A stretch of 56,601 nucleotides of DNA from positions 1 to 56,601 of the forward strand of contig CANQAK010000005.1 of assembly GCA_947589495.1 (NCBI GenBank), written 5' to 3'. The position numbers and the translations under genes are program-made. The first letter of the stretch is position 1. Each line of letters starts with the position of its first letter. The stretch is from an uncultured Bacilli bacterium. Its GTDB lineage: Bacteria; Bacillota_I; Bacilli_A; RF39; UBA660. This document shows positions 20,212 to 31,548 of this stretch, one piece after another. Under the pieces are notes generated by a model. That model made no database searches. It saw only the letters and a program-made list of their open reading frames with translations, and was not told the DNA's origin.

Positions 20212-21974
20212 TATTTATCACCTTCTTCTAATTCACTTTGCGATAATTGAGATAAAGCAATTTCTTTATAAACTTTACAATTTTTTAATAATTCTTTATG
20301 TGTACCCATTCCTACTACTTTACCTTCATCAATAACTAAAATTTTATCAGCTTCTTTAATCGTACCTATTCTTTGAGCTACAATTAAATTAGTAGCATCT
20401 TTAGTATATTTTTTTAATTCTTTTCTTAAAGTAAAATCTGTTTTATAATCAAGTGCACTAAAAGAATCATCAAATATATATATTTCTGGCTCACGAGCAA
20501 TCGCTCTTGCAATAGCTACTCTTTGTTTTTGACCACCAGAAATATTAGTACCACCTTGAGAGATGCTTGCATCATATGTTCCTTCCATTTTAGAAATAAA
20601 TTCAGTTCCTTGTGCAACATCTATTGCTTCTTTTATTTTTTTATCATTAGGTTTTTTACCATCATTCATTCCATAAGCAACATTTTCTTTTATAGTACCT
20701 CTAAAAATAACAGCTTTTTGTGATACATATCCTAATATATTATTTAAAGATTCAATTTTATAATCTTTAACATTTACACCATCTACTAATACTTCTCCTT
20801 CAGTTGCATCATAAAATCTTGGTATTAAATTAATTAATGTTGATTTACCTGAACCAGTTGAACCAATAAATGCCACTGTCTCTCCACGATTTGCTTTAAA
20901 TGAAATATCATGTAACATATATTCTTCAGCATCTGGATATTTAAAAGATACATGTTTAAATTCTACTGTTCCAACTTCATTACCTTTTGTAACAGTACCA
21001 TCTTTAATTTTTTCATCTGTTTCTAAAACTTCTAAAATTCTTTTAGCTGATACAGATGCTCTTGGATAAATAATAAATATCATTATTAACATCATAAAAG
21101 ACATAAGTACTTGCATAGCATAAGATGAAAATACAACCATATCACTAAATAAAGATATTTTATCCATCATATTAGCTTTATCTATTAATATTGCTCCAAT
21201 AAAATAAATAGCTAAAGATAAAGTTGTCATTACAAGTGACATTACTGGAGATAATATTCCCATTGTTTTTTGATTAAATAATTGAACATTTTTTAATTCT
21301 TCATTAGCGTGTTCAAATTTCTTTTGTTGATAATTTTCAGCATTAAACGCTCTTATTACACGAATACCAGTTAAATTTTCTCTAGTAATTCTATTTAAAT
21401 TATCAGTTAATTTTTGAACAATTTTAAATTTAGGGAATACTAATAACATTAAAATAACTATTGTAATTAGTAAAACTACTACCCCAATAAGAGTAGCTAA
21501 ACTCCATGTTAAATTTTTACCTGTTATTTTAACAATAGCCCACGTAGCCATAATCGGAGCTTTAATAATTGCTTGTAAACCCATACCAATAAGCATTTGT
21601 ACTTGGGTAACATCATTAGTAGTTCTAGTTATTAAACTACTAGTAGAAAAATTTTTAATTTCTTCTGTACTAAATTTTCCAACTTTAGAAAAAATTTCTC
21701 TACGAATTATTTTACCAAAATATGCTGCTACATATGCTGCAAAATAGCCAACAACAAATGACGCCACTAAACTTCCTAGGGCACAGGCTACCATGTAGCC
21801 ACCTTCTTTTAGAATGCTAGACATAGTACTGCCTTCAGTTTGAACTAAAACAGTAATTTCCGACATATAATCAGGTATTTTTAATTCTAAAAATACATTT
21901 ATAGAAATAAAAATTACACATATAAGTGCATATATTAATTGTTTTTTCCCCATTTTTTTAAATAACTTAAACAT
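20211..21974 (-). CDS. Heterodimeric ABC exporter subunit (degenerate NBD)
   Basis: TMD plus GSTGSGKS, ISGGQKQR, FDDSFSALD, VAQR. Confidence 0.95.
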   Translation of the reverse strand: MFKLFKKMGKKQLIYALICVIFISINVFLELKIPDYMSEITVLVQTEGSTMSSILKEGGYMVACALGSLVASFVVGYFAAYVAAYFGKIIRREIFSKVGKFSTEEIKNFSTSSLITRTTNDVTQVQMLIGMGLQAIIKAPIMATWAIVKITGKNLTWSLATLIGVVVLLITIVILMLLVFPKFKIVQKLTDNLNRITRENLTGIRVIRAFNAENYQQKKFEHANEELKNVQLFNQKTMGILSPVMSLVMTTLSLAIYFIGAILIDKANMMDKISLFSDMVVFSSYAMQVLMSFMMLIMIFIIYPRASVSAKRILEVLETDEKIKDGTVTKGNEVGTVEFKHVSFKYPDAEEYMLHDISFKANRGETVAFIGSTGSGKSTLINLIPRFYDATEGEVLVDGVNVKDYKIESLNNILGYVSQKAVIFRGTIKENVAYGMNDGKKPNDKKIKEAIDVAQGTEFISKMEGTYDASISQGGTNISGGQKQRVAIARAIAREPEIYIFDDSFSALDYKTDFTLRKELKKYTKDATNLIVAQRIGTIKEADKILVIDEGKVVGMGTHKELLKNCKVYKEIALSQLSQSELEEGDK

Positions 21975-22109
21975 TATAACTCCTCTTTCTAGTCATTATA
22001 TGATTTTATCAACATTTAAAATATATTTCAACTAATTTCAAACATTCCTATATTTTATTATCAAAATGTGATAATTTTATGAAATTTGCTATAAAAAAAG
22101 TAGTTAATA

Positions 22110-24731
22110 CTACTTATGTCTTTTAAATTTAAAATATTTGTATATTTCTACTATATATAATATAGAAAAAGCAAGTAAAAATAAAATAATTAAATGAAGA
22201 AAAGGAACACTTCTAATTTGTAATAAATTATTAAATAAAGGTATTTCCATAACCAATATTTGTAGTATTAAAGTTACAAATACTCCATAAAATATTAATT
22301 TATTATTTTTAAAAGGTATTTCTAAAATACTTTTACTTTCACTACGACAATTAAAAACATGAATGTTTTGAATAAAAACCATTAAAGCCATTATATAACT
22401 TCTAGCTACAACTACATCATAATTTAAAACTCTTAATAAATATATCCAAACCATAAAGACTATCACACTAATAGAAAAAGCTGAAAATAATATTTCACTT
22501 ATTAATTCTTTATTAAAAAGTGGTTCTTTAGGACTTCGTGGTTTTTTAGTCATAATATCTTTTTCACTTTTTTCAAACGATAAAGAAAAATCTTGTATTC
22601 CATCAGTAACAACATTAAGCCAAAGTAAATGAATTGCTAAAAGAGGCATAGGTAGATTAAAAAGTAGCGAAAAGGCAAAAAATAAAACTTCTGCAATACC
22701 ACAAGAAATTAAAAAATATACTATTTTTCTTATATTATCATAAGCACATCTACCTTCAATAATACCTGTAACAATTGATTTAAAACGATTATCTAAAATA
22801 ATCATATCAGATGCATCCATAGCAATATCAGTTCCACTACCCATAGCAATACCAATATTTGCAGCTTTTAAAGCTGGGGCATCATTTACTCCATCACCAG
22901 TAACAGCTACAAACTCGCCATTTCTTTTTAAAGATTCTACTATTTGTAATTTTTGTATTGGGCTTACGCGTGAAAAAACTCTTTTATTAGAAATATATTT
23001 ATCAAACTTTTTTTCACCCATTTCATAATACTTTAATAACTCTTCTCCATCTGTAACTAAATTATAATCATTTACTAAATTTAATTCTTTAGCAATAGAA
23101 AATGCTGTTAAAGGATGATCACCAGTAATCATTAAAACTTTAATACCAGATTTTTGACAATTAAGTATTGAAGATATTGTATCTTCTCTAATGGGATCTA
23201 TAAATCCTGTTAATCCCATAAAACATAATTTTTTAATATCTTCTTTAGTATAATTATCTTTTCTTTTAACTTCTCCTTTAGCTAAAGCTATTACTCTATA
23301 ACCATCTTTAGCTAAATATTCATATTGTTTATCTAAATAATCAGTATTTATTTTTTTGGAACACAAATTAATTTTATTACAAAATTTTTTAATAACCTCT
23401 AATGATCCTTTAACGGTACAATATACTTTATTATTTTCTTCATAAAATATAGCAGAATATTTATTATCTGATTCATAAGGTATTGTTGCCAATACCTTTA
23501 TATCATCTTTATTTATTTTTAATTTTTTACCTAATACTAAAAAAGCTAAATCTATAGAATCTCCACCCATTTTATTACCATTAATAAAAGCTTCATTATT
23601 AATAATACCTAATTTAGCAATCTCTTCAGCATAAGATATATTTTCTCCGATAACTTTTCCTTTAGTACTGTAACCAGTACCTGTTACTTGATATTCCATA
23701 TTATTAGGTAAAAGAATTTTTTTCAAAGTTTGTTCATTAACCGTTAAAGTACCTGTTTTATCTGAAGCAATAACTGTACAACTTCCTAAAGCTTCTACTG
23801 CATTTAATTTTCTTACAACAACATTTTTCTTAGACATTTTATTAGATGCTATAGTTAATGCCATAGTTAATGCTAATGAAAGCCCTTCCGGCATAGCAGA
23901 TACTGATAAAGCAATGACTGATAATAATATCTCGTTAGTAGGTACCCCTTTCATTGCAAGTAGAATAATTAAAATAAAAGCAATTAAAACAATTAAAATA
24001 ATTATTTCTTTAGAAAATTTCTCAATTCTAATCGTTAATGGAGATTTTTCTTCTTCTGTATTATTTATTGTATTAGCTATTTTACCTATTTCTGTATCTA
24101 AAGAAATAGCTACTACGATACCTTCTGCTCTTCCACTAAGTATATTAGTACCTGCAAATAACATATTAGTTTGTTCATTTATTAAAGCTTTTTCTTTATC
24201 AATTATTAGATTATTTTTTGGAACACTTGTACTTTCACCCGTTAAAACTGATTCATCAACACATAAATTTTGTGATTCTACAACTCTTATATCAGCACTA
24301 ATTTGATTACCAGATTCCAGTAATACATAATCCCCTACTACTAAATTTGAAGAATCAATTTCTTCTTTTTTACCATTTCTTATTACTTTAGTTTTTATAC
24401 TTACTAAATTTTCTAAAGCTTCCTTAGTTTTATTAGCTTTATTCTCTTCAAATGTTCCCATTAAAACATCCATTAAAATAATAATTAAAATAGCTAAAGC
24501 ATCTACTACTTCACCCACTATAAAACTAATTAAAACAGTAATTAATAATAAAATAACTATAGGACTTTTAAATTCACTAAAAAATATTTTTAAAATACTA
24601 TCTTTTTTCTTTTTAGGAATAATATTTTTTCCATAAATTTTTCTTCTTCTTAAAACTTCTTCATCTTTAAGACCATATTCATTTGTATCTAATTCTTTTT
24701 GAATTTCTTGAATACTTTTATTATAATACAT
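22110..24731 (-). CDS. Cation-transporting P2-type (Ca2+-like) ATPase
   Basis: TGES, PEGL, DKTGTLT, KGS, TGDHP, TGDGVNDAPALK. Confidence 0.93.
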   Translation of the reverse strand: MYYNKSIQEIQKELDTNEYGLKDEEVLRRRKIYGKNIIPKKKKDSILKIFFSEFKSPIVILLLITVLISFIVGEVVDALAILIIILMDVLMGTFEENKANKTKEALENLVSIKTKVIRNGKKEEIDSSNLVVGDYVLLESGNQISADIRVVESQNLCVDESVLTGESTSVPKNNLIIDKEKALINEQTNMLFAGTNILSGRAEGIVVAISLDTEIGKIANTINNTEEEKSPLTIRIEKFSKEIIILIVLIAFILIILLAMKGVPTNEILLSVIALSVSAMPEGLSLALTMALTIASNKMSKKNVVVRKLNAVEALGSCTVIASDKTGTLTVNEQTLKKILLPNNMEYQVTGTGYSTKGKVIGENISYAEEIAKLGIINNEAFINGNKMGGDSIDLAFLVLGKKLKINKDDIKVLATIPYESDNKYSAIFYEENNKVYCTVKGSLEVIKKFCNKINLCSKKINTDYLDKQYEYLAKDGYRVIALAKGEVKRKDNYTKEDIKKLCFMGLTGFIDPIREDTISSILNCQKSGIKVLMITGDHPLTAFSIAKELNLVNDYNLVTDGEELLKYYEMGEKKFDKYISNKRVFSRVSPIQKLQIVESLKRNGEFVAVTGDGVNDAPALKAANIGIAMGSGTDIAMDASDMIILDNRFKSIVTGIIEGRCAYDNIRKIVYFLISCGIAEVLFFAFSLLFNLPMPLLAIHLLWLNVVTDGIQDFSLSFEKSEKDIMTKKPRSPKEPLFNKELISEILFSAFSISVIVFMVWIYLLRVLNYDVVVARSYIMALMVFIQNIHVFNCRSESKSILEIPFKNNKLIFYGVFVTLILQILVMEIPLFNNLLQIRSVPFLHLIILFLLAFSILYIVEIYKYFKFKRHK

Positions 24732-24792
24732 ATCTTAGTCATTCCTTTTACATTAATATAAGATTAACATAAATTATTTTATTTGAAAATAC

Positions 24793-26250
24793 TTATTTAT
24801 AACTAATATCATAATTACTAGGTCCTTTAATACATTTTCCTTCTTTAGAAAACCTAGAAGCATGACAAGGACAATCCCATGTTTCTTCAACTTCATTAAA
24901 TATTAAACTACAACCTAAATGAGGACATTTATTATAAACAATATATTCTTCATTATCTTTTTTATATATAGCTATATTTTTTCCATTTTCATTTTTAAAA
25001 ATTATATTTTTATTATACCATTTTTTATTTTTAAGAATTTTACTTTCTAAATAACTTTTAGTATTACTATAAACATTTTTTATTAAATTATTAATGTTAG
25101 AAAAATTATTAGCATTTAAAGGAGAAAATAATTTTTCATATTTATTTTCTCTTCCTTCCACTAAATCACTTAAAATAATTCCTGCTAAAAAACCATTAGT
25201 CATTCCCCAAGTATTATAACCAGTACCAATTAATAAAGAATCATTATTTTTTTCTATTTGACCTACATAAGGTAATTTTGTAGTAGTAAGTAAATCATCA
25301 TTTTTCCAAATATATTCTGGTTTTAAATTTAATTTTTCACATTTTTTAATTACTCTTTCAAAATTACTCTTTTCGTCTAAATTATTACATATATTTGATG
25401 AATTACTTAAAAATATTATATAATCTTTATAATATCTTACTGAAGTACATGGATTTTTAGAGGTAATTAAAGTTATATTATTATATTTACTTTTAGATGC
25501 TGTTATAAATGATTTTTCTCTTTCAAACTTTAATGGTGATAGAAATGGAATTAGAAAAAATGGTTCATGACACGCTAAAATAATTTTTTTAGTTTTAATG
25601 GTATTTTTAAAAGTTTTACAAACATAACCATCATTCATTTTTTCTATTTTTATTATCTTAGTTCTTTCGTATATTTTTTTATTTTTTTCTAAACAAATCT
25701 TTTTTAAAGATTTTAAAAATTTTAAAGGATGAAATGTATAAGTATTTGAAACAGATATAGCATATAAACAATTAATATTTAAAGGTAACTGATTACTTTC
25801 ATGCACTTTTATATTGAACTTTTCTAAAAGTTCTTTTTCATGTTTAACCATCTTTACTTCATTTAAATTATTTGTAAATACATAAGAATCTACTTCTTTT
25901 AAATCACAATTTATTTTCTCTCTCTTTATTACTTCTTTTATCTTTTTTATCGCATCAAGTTGACTTTCTAAATAAAGTTTAGATACATCATAAGAATATT
26001 TCTTCTCTAAATCACTATATATTAATTCTTGTAAATAATTAATTTTAGCAGTTGTTTTACCACTTACACCACGACCAATTAAATCTTGTTCCACTAAACA
26101 TATATTTAAATTACTATTTCTTAAATTATATAATGTTGATAACCCAGTAATTCCTCCTCCTATTATTAACACATCTACATCTATATCTTTTTTTAAACTT
26201 TCATATTCTTCTTTTTCTACTGTATCTAACCAAATACTCATTTTTTTCAT
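24793..26250 (-). CDS. FAD-dependent oxidoreductase with C-terminal Rieske domain (YhfW-like)
   Basis: IIGGGITG; CPHLGC...WDCPCHASRF. Confidence 0.9.
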   Translation of the reverse strand: MKKMSIWLDTVEKEEYESLKKDIDVDVLIIGGGITGLSTLYNLRNSNLNICLVEQDLIGRGVSGKTTAKINYLQELIYSDLEKKYSYDVSKLYLESQLDAIKKIKEVIKREKINCDLKEVDSYVFTNNLNEVKMVKHEKELLEKFNIKVHESNQLPLNINCLYAISVSNTYTFHPLKFLKSLKKICLEKNKKIYERTKIIKIEKMNDGYVCKTFKNTIKTKKIILACHEPFFLIPFLSPLKFEREKSFITASKSKYNNITLITSKNPCTSVRYYKDYIIFLSNSSNICNNLDEKSNFERVIKKCEKLNLKPEYIWKNDDLLTTTKLPYVGQIEKNNDSLLIGTGYNTWGMTNGFLAGIILSDLVEGRENKYEKLFSPLNANNFSNINNLIKNVYSNTKSYLESKILKNKKWYNKNIIFKNENGKNIAIYKKDNEEYIVYNKCPHLGCSLIFNEVEETWDCPCHASRFSKEGKCIKGPSNYDISYK

Positions 26251-26292
26251 AATAATTCACCATTTATATTATGGTAATTAAATTTTATTTTA

Positions 26293-29200
26293 TTATTTAT
26301 TTTTTTTATATATTAATTTATCGAATAATGCTAGTACTCCCGGAAGTAAAATTACTATTAGTAGTACAGAACATAAAGAACCTTCAGATAATGTTTTACA
26401 TATTTTTGAAGCAATAGCAGATGTAAAATTACCAACAATTAAAGTTACGATAATAAGAATTGATCCACTTGTTAAAATAGTTTGAATTGAATTATTATAA
26501 GCTTTTATTAATGAATTTTTAACATCTAATTTTTTTCTTGCTTCTAAATAATAAGATGTATATAAAATAGCATAGTCAATAGTAGCACCCATTAAAATAC
26601 TTTGAACAATTAAAATAGATATAAAATATACAGAACCTCCAAATGATAAAATTCCCATAGTAAGATAAACAGCACATTGAATAAATAATATTAAGATAAT
26701 TGGAATAATTAATGATTTAAAAGTAATTGCTACTACTACAAAGATAAAAATTATTGTTAAAATTGTTATTAAATTTAATTCATCTTGAAATGTATTACTT
26801 ATTTCATAAGCTACTGGTGAATCTCCTACTACATAAGATGTATCAAGTATTTTTGATAAATCATTTTTAACACTTTTTATAAAATTAAAAGTATTATCCC
26901 CTTCTAGTTCATAAGTAGTATTTAAAACAATTCTGGAATAGGTATTACCTACTAATAAATCTTTAGCATCTAATACATCATTTCTACCATTTTTTATATC
27001 ATTTTTCATTTCTAAAGAAATAAAATCATCAAATTTTTTATCAGTAATAATATCTTTATTTAAAAAATCTATAAACTGTTCAATAGTTAATGAGTAATCA
27101 ATATTATAATCATTTTCACTACCATAATAAATGTATACTAAATTAATTAAGTTTTCATCTAAATCATCTGTAAGCTTAGATAAAGTATTATATATCTCTT
27201 TATTTGAGTATTTTTTATCATTTAAACTATTATTAATTATAGTATTTAAAATTTCTAATCTATTTTTAGAAAACTCACTAAAATTAGCACTGTAAGTTTC
27301 ATTTTTCATAACATCCGTTACCAAAAATGAAACAAAATCTTTGTAAGAAATAGTCCTATTTAAGCCAGATTCAGTTGCATATAAAGAATAAATTAAAGAA
27401 ATTGTTTCTTTTTTAATACCTAAAAATTTTGCTAATTCTTCTTGACTATATTTTACATTGTTTAAAGAACTTTCCATTATATTTTTAAGAAGTGTTAAAT
27501 TTTGTAAACTATTTTTATCTAAACTATTTACTAAATTTTCATTAGATAGGATAAAATTAATAAATTCTATGGGTGAAAATGTTTCATTTTCACTTTCATA
27601 TAAAATATAAATATTTTTAAGTTGTTCTTCTGGAATATTAAATTTTTCACTCAATTCTTTATAATCATATTGATTACCATTAATAGTACTATTCATAATA
27701 AAATTTAATGTTAATAAATTATTTATAGTTTGTTCATCTAAACTTTTTAAAATCATTTCATTATTTATTAAAACATTTACAAATTCATATGGACTCATAT
27801 TATCAACATTTAAAGATTTAAAAATATTTTGAACTATATTTTCATCTAAATTAAACAATATAGAAATATCTTTACTAGATAATTTATTATTTATAAAATC
27901 TTTATTACTAAAAGTTTTAAGTAAAGAAATTTTATTTTTTAAAAGATCATTAACTAAACTTTTATATTCTTCATTATTCATCATTTTTTCACTAACAAAA
28001 TTAGTAAATTCAGATAAACTTAAAGTTTTATCTTCAATATTTAAGCTCTCATTATATAAAATTACTTGTTTAACTAAATTTTCATCTAACGCAAAGATAT
28101 TTGCTAACTCTTTACTATTTAATTCATTAGATATAAGTGATTTATTAGTAAACTTATTTATAGTATAAATATTATTTTTAGTATTTTCATCAATATTTTT
28201 AGAATATTCGGAATTAGAAAATACGTAAGTAGTCATAAATGTTGTAAATTCTTCTAAAGTTAGTTTAGTATTATTATTTTGAGAATTATAATATATTAAA
28301 AGTTTATTAATTGTTTCTACAGGAATATTTAATGTATCTGAAATTTCTTTAATACTTCTTTTCTTATTAATATTTTCTTTATTAGCAAAATTTTCTAATT
28401 TATCTATATTAATTCTCATTTCATTACTAATTTTTTTATTCATATCTTCATTATTATAAACATTACTTTTAATAAATTTTAATAAATCATTTAAACTAAT
28501 TAAATTATTTTCATCTTTATTATAATAGTAATAATAAAGTATTTTAATTAAACTATCTTTAGCATTAATACTTGTATTTAAACTATCTAATTTATCATTT
28601 AACTTTTCATATTTTAAAGGCATATTTATAGTATTACTATAACATAATACATCATCAATATTATTATTATTTTCTAAAACATTACAATAATCCTTTATTT
28701 TTTCTTCATCTTTAGTAGGATATAAAATAACCATTTGATTATTTGGTTTAAATACTTCATCTATTTTATTATCCTCTTCATTAGTATAAAGAATACCTAA
28801 ATTACCTTTTAAAAGAAAACTTGTTCCAAATATAGCTATAAAGATTAATAAATTAAGATATCGACATTTATAAGATATTTTTCCAAATCCATCCATTTTA
28901 ATAATAGGACTTTTCTTTTGCGTTTTAATAATAGCTTTATCAAATATTAAAATTAAACCAGGGAGAATAGTAAAAATACATATTAAACTTAATAATACTC
29001 CTTTAGCTAAAACAAAACCTAAATCTCTTCCAATTGTAAAACTCATAAAGATAAGTGCTAGTAATCCTACTATTGTTGTTACTGAACTACTAGAAATAGC
29101 TTTAAATGAATGGTATAAAGCATTTTCCATTGCTTTTACTTTATCTTTTTCTATTTGTCTTTCTTGATTATAACGTTCCATTAACATAATTGAATAATCC

Positions 29201-29868
29201 ATTGATAATGCTAATTGTAAAATAGCTGCAATAGAATTAGTTATATTAGATACGCTAGAAAAAATAATATTAGTACCATGGTTTAATAAAACTGCAATCA
29301 AAATACATGTTAAAAATAAGAATGGTTCTATATAAGAGGTACTCATAATTATTAGAATAACTAAAGCAGTACCTACTGCTAAGGCAATAATAGAAAATGG
29401 TAAAACAACTTTATTATATTCACTAATTGTACCTGATGTATCAACTAGCTTATCATCAAAATGATCTAAAATATCGTTATAAATATCTCTAGCAATTTTA
29501 GACCTAGATTTACTAGATACTGTTAATTTATATAAAGTATAATCATCTTTATTATAATCTTCACTATCTTTTTCATAATCTATTTCTTTAATATTTTTTA
29601 AATTTTTTAAATAATTATATGCTTCATCTTTTTCTTCACTTTTCAAAGACTTCAACATAATATTTAAAGTACTAGTATTATCATTTTGAAATTCTTCATC
29701 CATAATATTCATACCAATTTTTGTCTCTGAAGTCTTAGGTAAATATTTTGATATATCATGTTCAATTTCTACTTTAGTTGATAAAAAAGCAGAAATAACA
29801 CTTAAAATTATAAATAATATTAATATAAAATTTCTTTTTTTAACAATAAAATCAGTAATTTTTTTCAT
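26293..29868 (-). CDS. MMPL/RND family transporter with long repetitive extracellular insert
   Basis: Two TM bundles with LSMDYSI and ATIDYAI motifs; repeated helical units in between. Confidence 0.88.
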   Translation of the reverse strand: MKKITDFIVKKRNFILILFIILSVISAFLSTKVEIEHDISKYLPKTSETKIGMNIMDEEFQNDNTSTLNIMLKSLKSEEKDEAYNYLKNLKNIKEIDYEKDSEDYNKDDYTLYKLTVSSKSRSKIARDIYNDILDHFDDKLVDTSGTISEYNKVVLPFSIIALAVGTALVILIIMSTSYIEPFLFLTCILIAVLLNHGTNIIFSSVSNITNSIAAILQLALSMDYSIMLMERYNQERQIEKDKVKAMENALYHSFKAISSSSVTTIVGLLALIFMSFTIGRDLGFVLAKGVLLSLICIFTILPGLILIFDKAIIKTQKKSPIIKMDGFGKISYKCRYLNLLIFIAIFGTSFLLKGNLGILYTNEEDNKIDEVFKPNNQMVILYPTKDEEKIKDYCNVLENNNNIDDVLCYSNTINMPLKYEKLNDKLDSLNTSINAKDSLIKILYYYYYNKDENNLISLNDLLKFIKSNVYNNEDMNKKISNEMRINIDKLENFANKENINKKRSIKEISDTLNIPVETINKLLIYYNSQNNNTKLTLEEFTTFMTTYVFSNSEYSKNIDENTKNNIYTINKFTNKSLISNELNSKELANIFALDENLVKQVILYNESLNIEDKTLSLSEFTNFVSEKMMNNEEYKSLVNDLLKNKISLLKTFSNKDFINNKLSSKDISILFNLDENIVQNIFKSLNVDNMSPYEFVNVLINNEMILKSLDEQTINNLLTLNFIMNSTINGNQYDYKELSEKFNIPEEQLKNIYILYESENETFSPIEFINFILSNENLVNSLDKNSLQNLTLLKNIMESSLNNVKYSQEELAKFLGIKKETISLIYSLYATESGLNRTISYKDFVSFLVTDVMKNETYSANFSEFSKNRLEILNTIINNSLNDKKYSNKEIYNTLSKLTDDLDENLINLVYIYYGSENDYNIDYSLTIEQFIDFLNKDIITDKKFDDFISLEMKNDIKNGRNDVLDAKDLLVGNTYSRIVLNTTYELEGDNTFNFIKSVKNDLSKILDTSYVVGDSPVAYEISNTFQDELNLITILTIIFIFVVVAITFKSLIIPIILILFIQCAVYLTMGILSFGGSVYFISILIVQSILMGATIDYAILYTSYYLEARKKLDVKNSLIKAYNNSIQTILTSGSILIIVTLIVGNFTSAIASKICKTLSEGSLCSVLLIVILLPGVLALFDKLIYKKNK

Positions 29869-30031
29869 ATATTAAATCCTTTCTAAATAAACAAAAAAAA
29901 TTATAGCAATTTCAGTAATTTATTGTAAACATCAAATAATTAAATAGTGTCAAAATTTTTACAGTATATACAAATGTGTTTAAATATGATAAAATAGGCA
30001 CATAATATATAATGAAAAAGGAAGTGACTTT

Positions 30032-30586
30032 GTGAAAGTTAAAGTAATAAATTCTTCTTCAAAAAAGACAAGAGAAAAAATAAAAGAAGCTTTTGCTCTA
30101 CTTTTAAAAGAAAAACAATCTCTAAATAAAATAAGTGTTACTGAAATTGCTAAAGAAGCTGATATTACAAGAAGTGCTTTTTACACCCATTATGATAATA
30201 TTTATGATGTTGCCAAAGAATTACAACATGAAACATTAGATGTCTTAACATCTTCTTTAGAAAATTTAAAAAGTATGGAAGACTTAAACAATTATTTTGA
30301 TAATATATTTAATTATATTAAAATGCATGAATCACTTTATTCCATGATTTTATCGAGTAATGAACCATTAATATTTACAGATACTTTAGGAAATATAATT
30401 TCTAAAAATATATTTTCTATTTTAGAAAATACTCCCCACAATGATAATTTAAAATTAAAAATTAGTTTCTTTATTGATGGTTTTATAAGTTTAATTATTA
30501 AATATTTTCATAAAGAATTAAAATGTTCTTTAAACGATTTAAATACATTAATGAAAGAAACATTTGTACTTTTATTTAAAAATTAA
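30032..30586 (+). CDS. TetR/AcrR family regulator
   Basis: ISVTEIAKEADITRSAFYTHY; divergent from the MMPL gene. Confidence 0.92.
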   Translation: MKVKVINSSSKKTREKIKEAFALLLKEKQSLNKISVTEIAKEADITRSAFYTHYDNIYDVAKELQHETLDVLTSSLENLKSMEDLNNYFDNIFNYIKMHESLYSMILSSNEPLIFTDTLGNIISKNIFSILENTPHNDNLKLKISFFIDGFISLIIKYFHKELKCSLNDLNTLMKETFVLLFKN

Positions 30587-30591
30587 ATTAA

Positions 30592-30620
30592 TTGACATAT
30601 ATAAATAATTATAGTATTAT
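30592..30620 (+). promoter_or_regulatory. Sigma-A promoter for intergenic small RNA
   Basis: TTGACA (30592-30597), 17 bp, TATTAT (30615-30620); no downstream + ORF. Confidence 0.75.
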
Positions 30621-30626
30621 TTTTTT

Positions 30627-30740
30627 ACCGGAGACTTTTGTCTTGTCAGGTCGATAGTTAGGTTTCGATTTATTTAAATTAAGCGTGCTATATTGTACGT
30701 CGTCCTAACTGGGAAAAAGACATATTGCATGTCTTTTTTT
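30627..30740 (+). ncRNA. Putative DUF3800-associated structured small RNA (~110 nt)
   Basis: GC-enriched; AGTTAGG/CCTAACT stem, inner CGTGC-tatatt-GTACG hairpin after ATTAAG, own promoter and terminator; abuts the DUF3800 gene. Confidence 0.7.
30714..30740. terminator. Bidirectional intrinsic terminator
   Basis: AAAAAGACAT-attgc-ATGTCTTTTTTT. Confidence 0.85.
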
Positions 30741-30741
30741 C

Positions 30742-31482
30742 TTATGGTAATAATATTTTAAAATCGACTAATTTAGATAATTTATAATTTATTGAATCTT
30801 TTTCATTAATTGCTTCTAAAGATTTTCTTCTTATAGTACCCGCTAATAAATCGGCTGCTTGAACTACATAACATTTTTTTGAATTTTTATAATAAATACA
30901 AATATCTAAAGAACTTTTAACTATGGGAGATATAGTTGAAGCATAATTATAATTACTTATACCATATTTTAATTCTTCTATTAAACCATCCTTTAAATTA
31001 TAATAACCATTACTCTTAGTACTTTGTTCATCAATATTAATAATAATTCTAATTGGTTGATTAGATTTTACCTCTTCATTTTTAATTAATGCTTTAATAA
31101 CTTCTTTAATCATTCTTCTAATCGAATAATCTACAAATCTTCCTTTTGCAGCTTTATTTTTCTTAATATGATTATATACTTCATCATTTTGGATAATCAA
31201 CGCTACTACAAAATATTTTTTAATATAATTCATAATTCTTCTTTTATCAGCATTTTTAATATTAGTATTTTTTATTTCTGGACATTTTTTATTACAACTA
31301 TTTCTTTGAAAACAATATTTACATTTTATATCATTAATAATACTTTTATATTGAGTAATAAATTTATCTTTTTCCTTCTTAGATAAAAAAACTAATCCAC
31401 CATAAACACTTACATGTTCTTTTGGTGTTAGTTTACCTGAATCATCTAAACTGATATAAATTTCTTGCGTTTTTAAATTCAT
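30742..31482 (-). CDS. DUF3800 family protein (predicted RNase H-like acidic triad)
   Basis: YISLDDSG, EIK, NIDEQ, VQAADLLAG; start at 31482 after GGGGG RBS. Confidence 0.82.
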   Translation of the reverse strand: MNLKTQEIYISLDDSGKLTPKEHVSVYGGLVFLSKKEKDKFITQYKSIINDIKCKYCFQRNSCNKKCPEIKNTNIKNADKRRIMNYIKKYFVVALIIQNDEVYNHIKKNKAAKGRFVDYSIRRMIKEVIKALIKNEEVKSNQPIRIIINIDEQSTKSNGYYNLKDGLIEELKYGISNYNYASTISPIVKSSLDICIYYKNSKKCYVVQAADLLAGTIRRKSLEAINEKDSINYKLSKLVDFKILLP

Positions 31483-31548
31483 ATTAATTCCCCCTGAATT
31501 ATATATCATGAATTATAACACAAGTTACTTAAAAATAGAAAGTAATAA

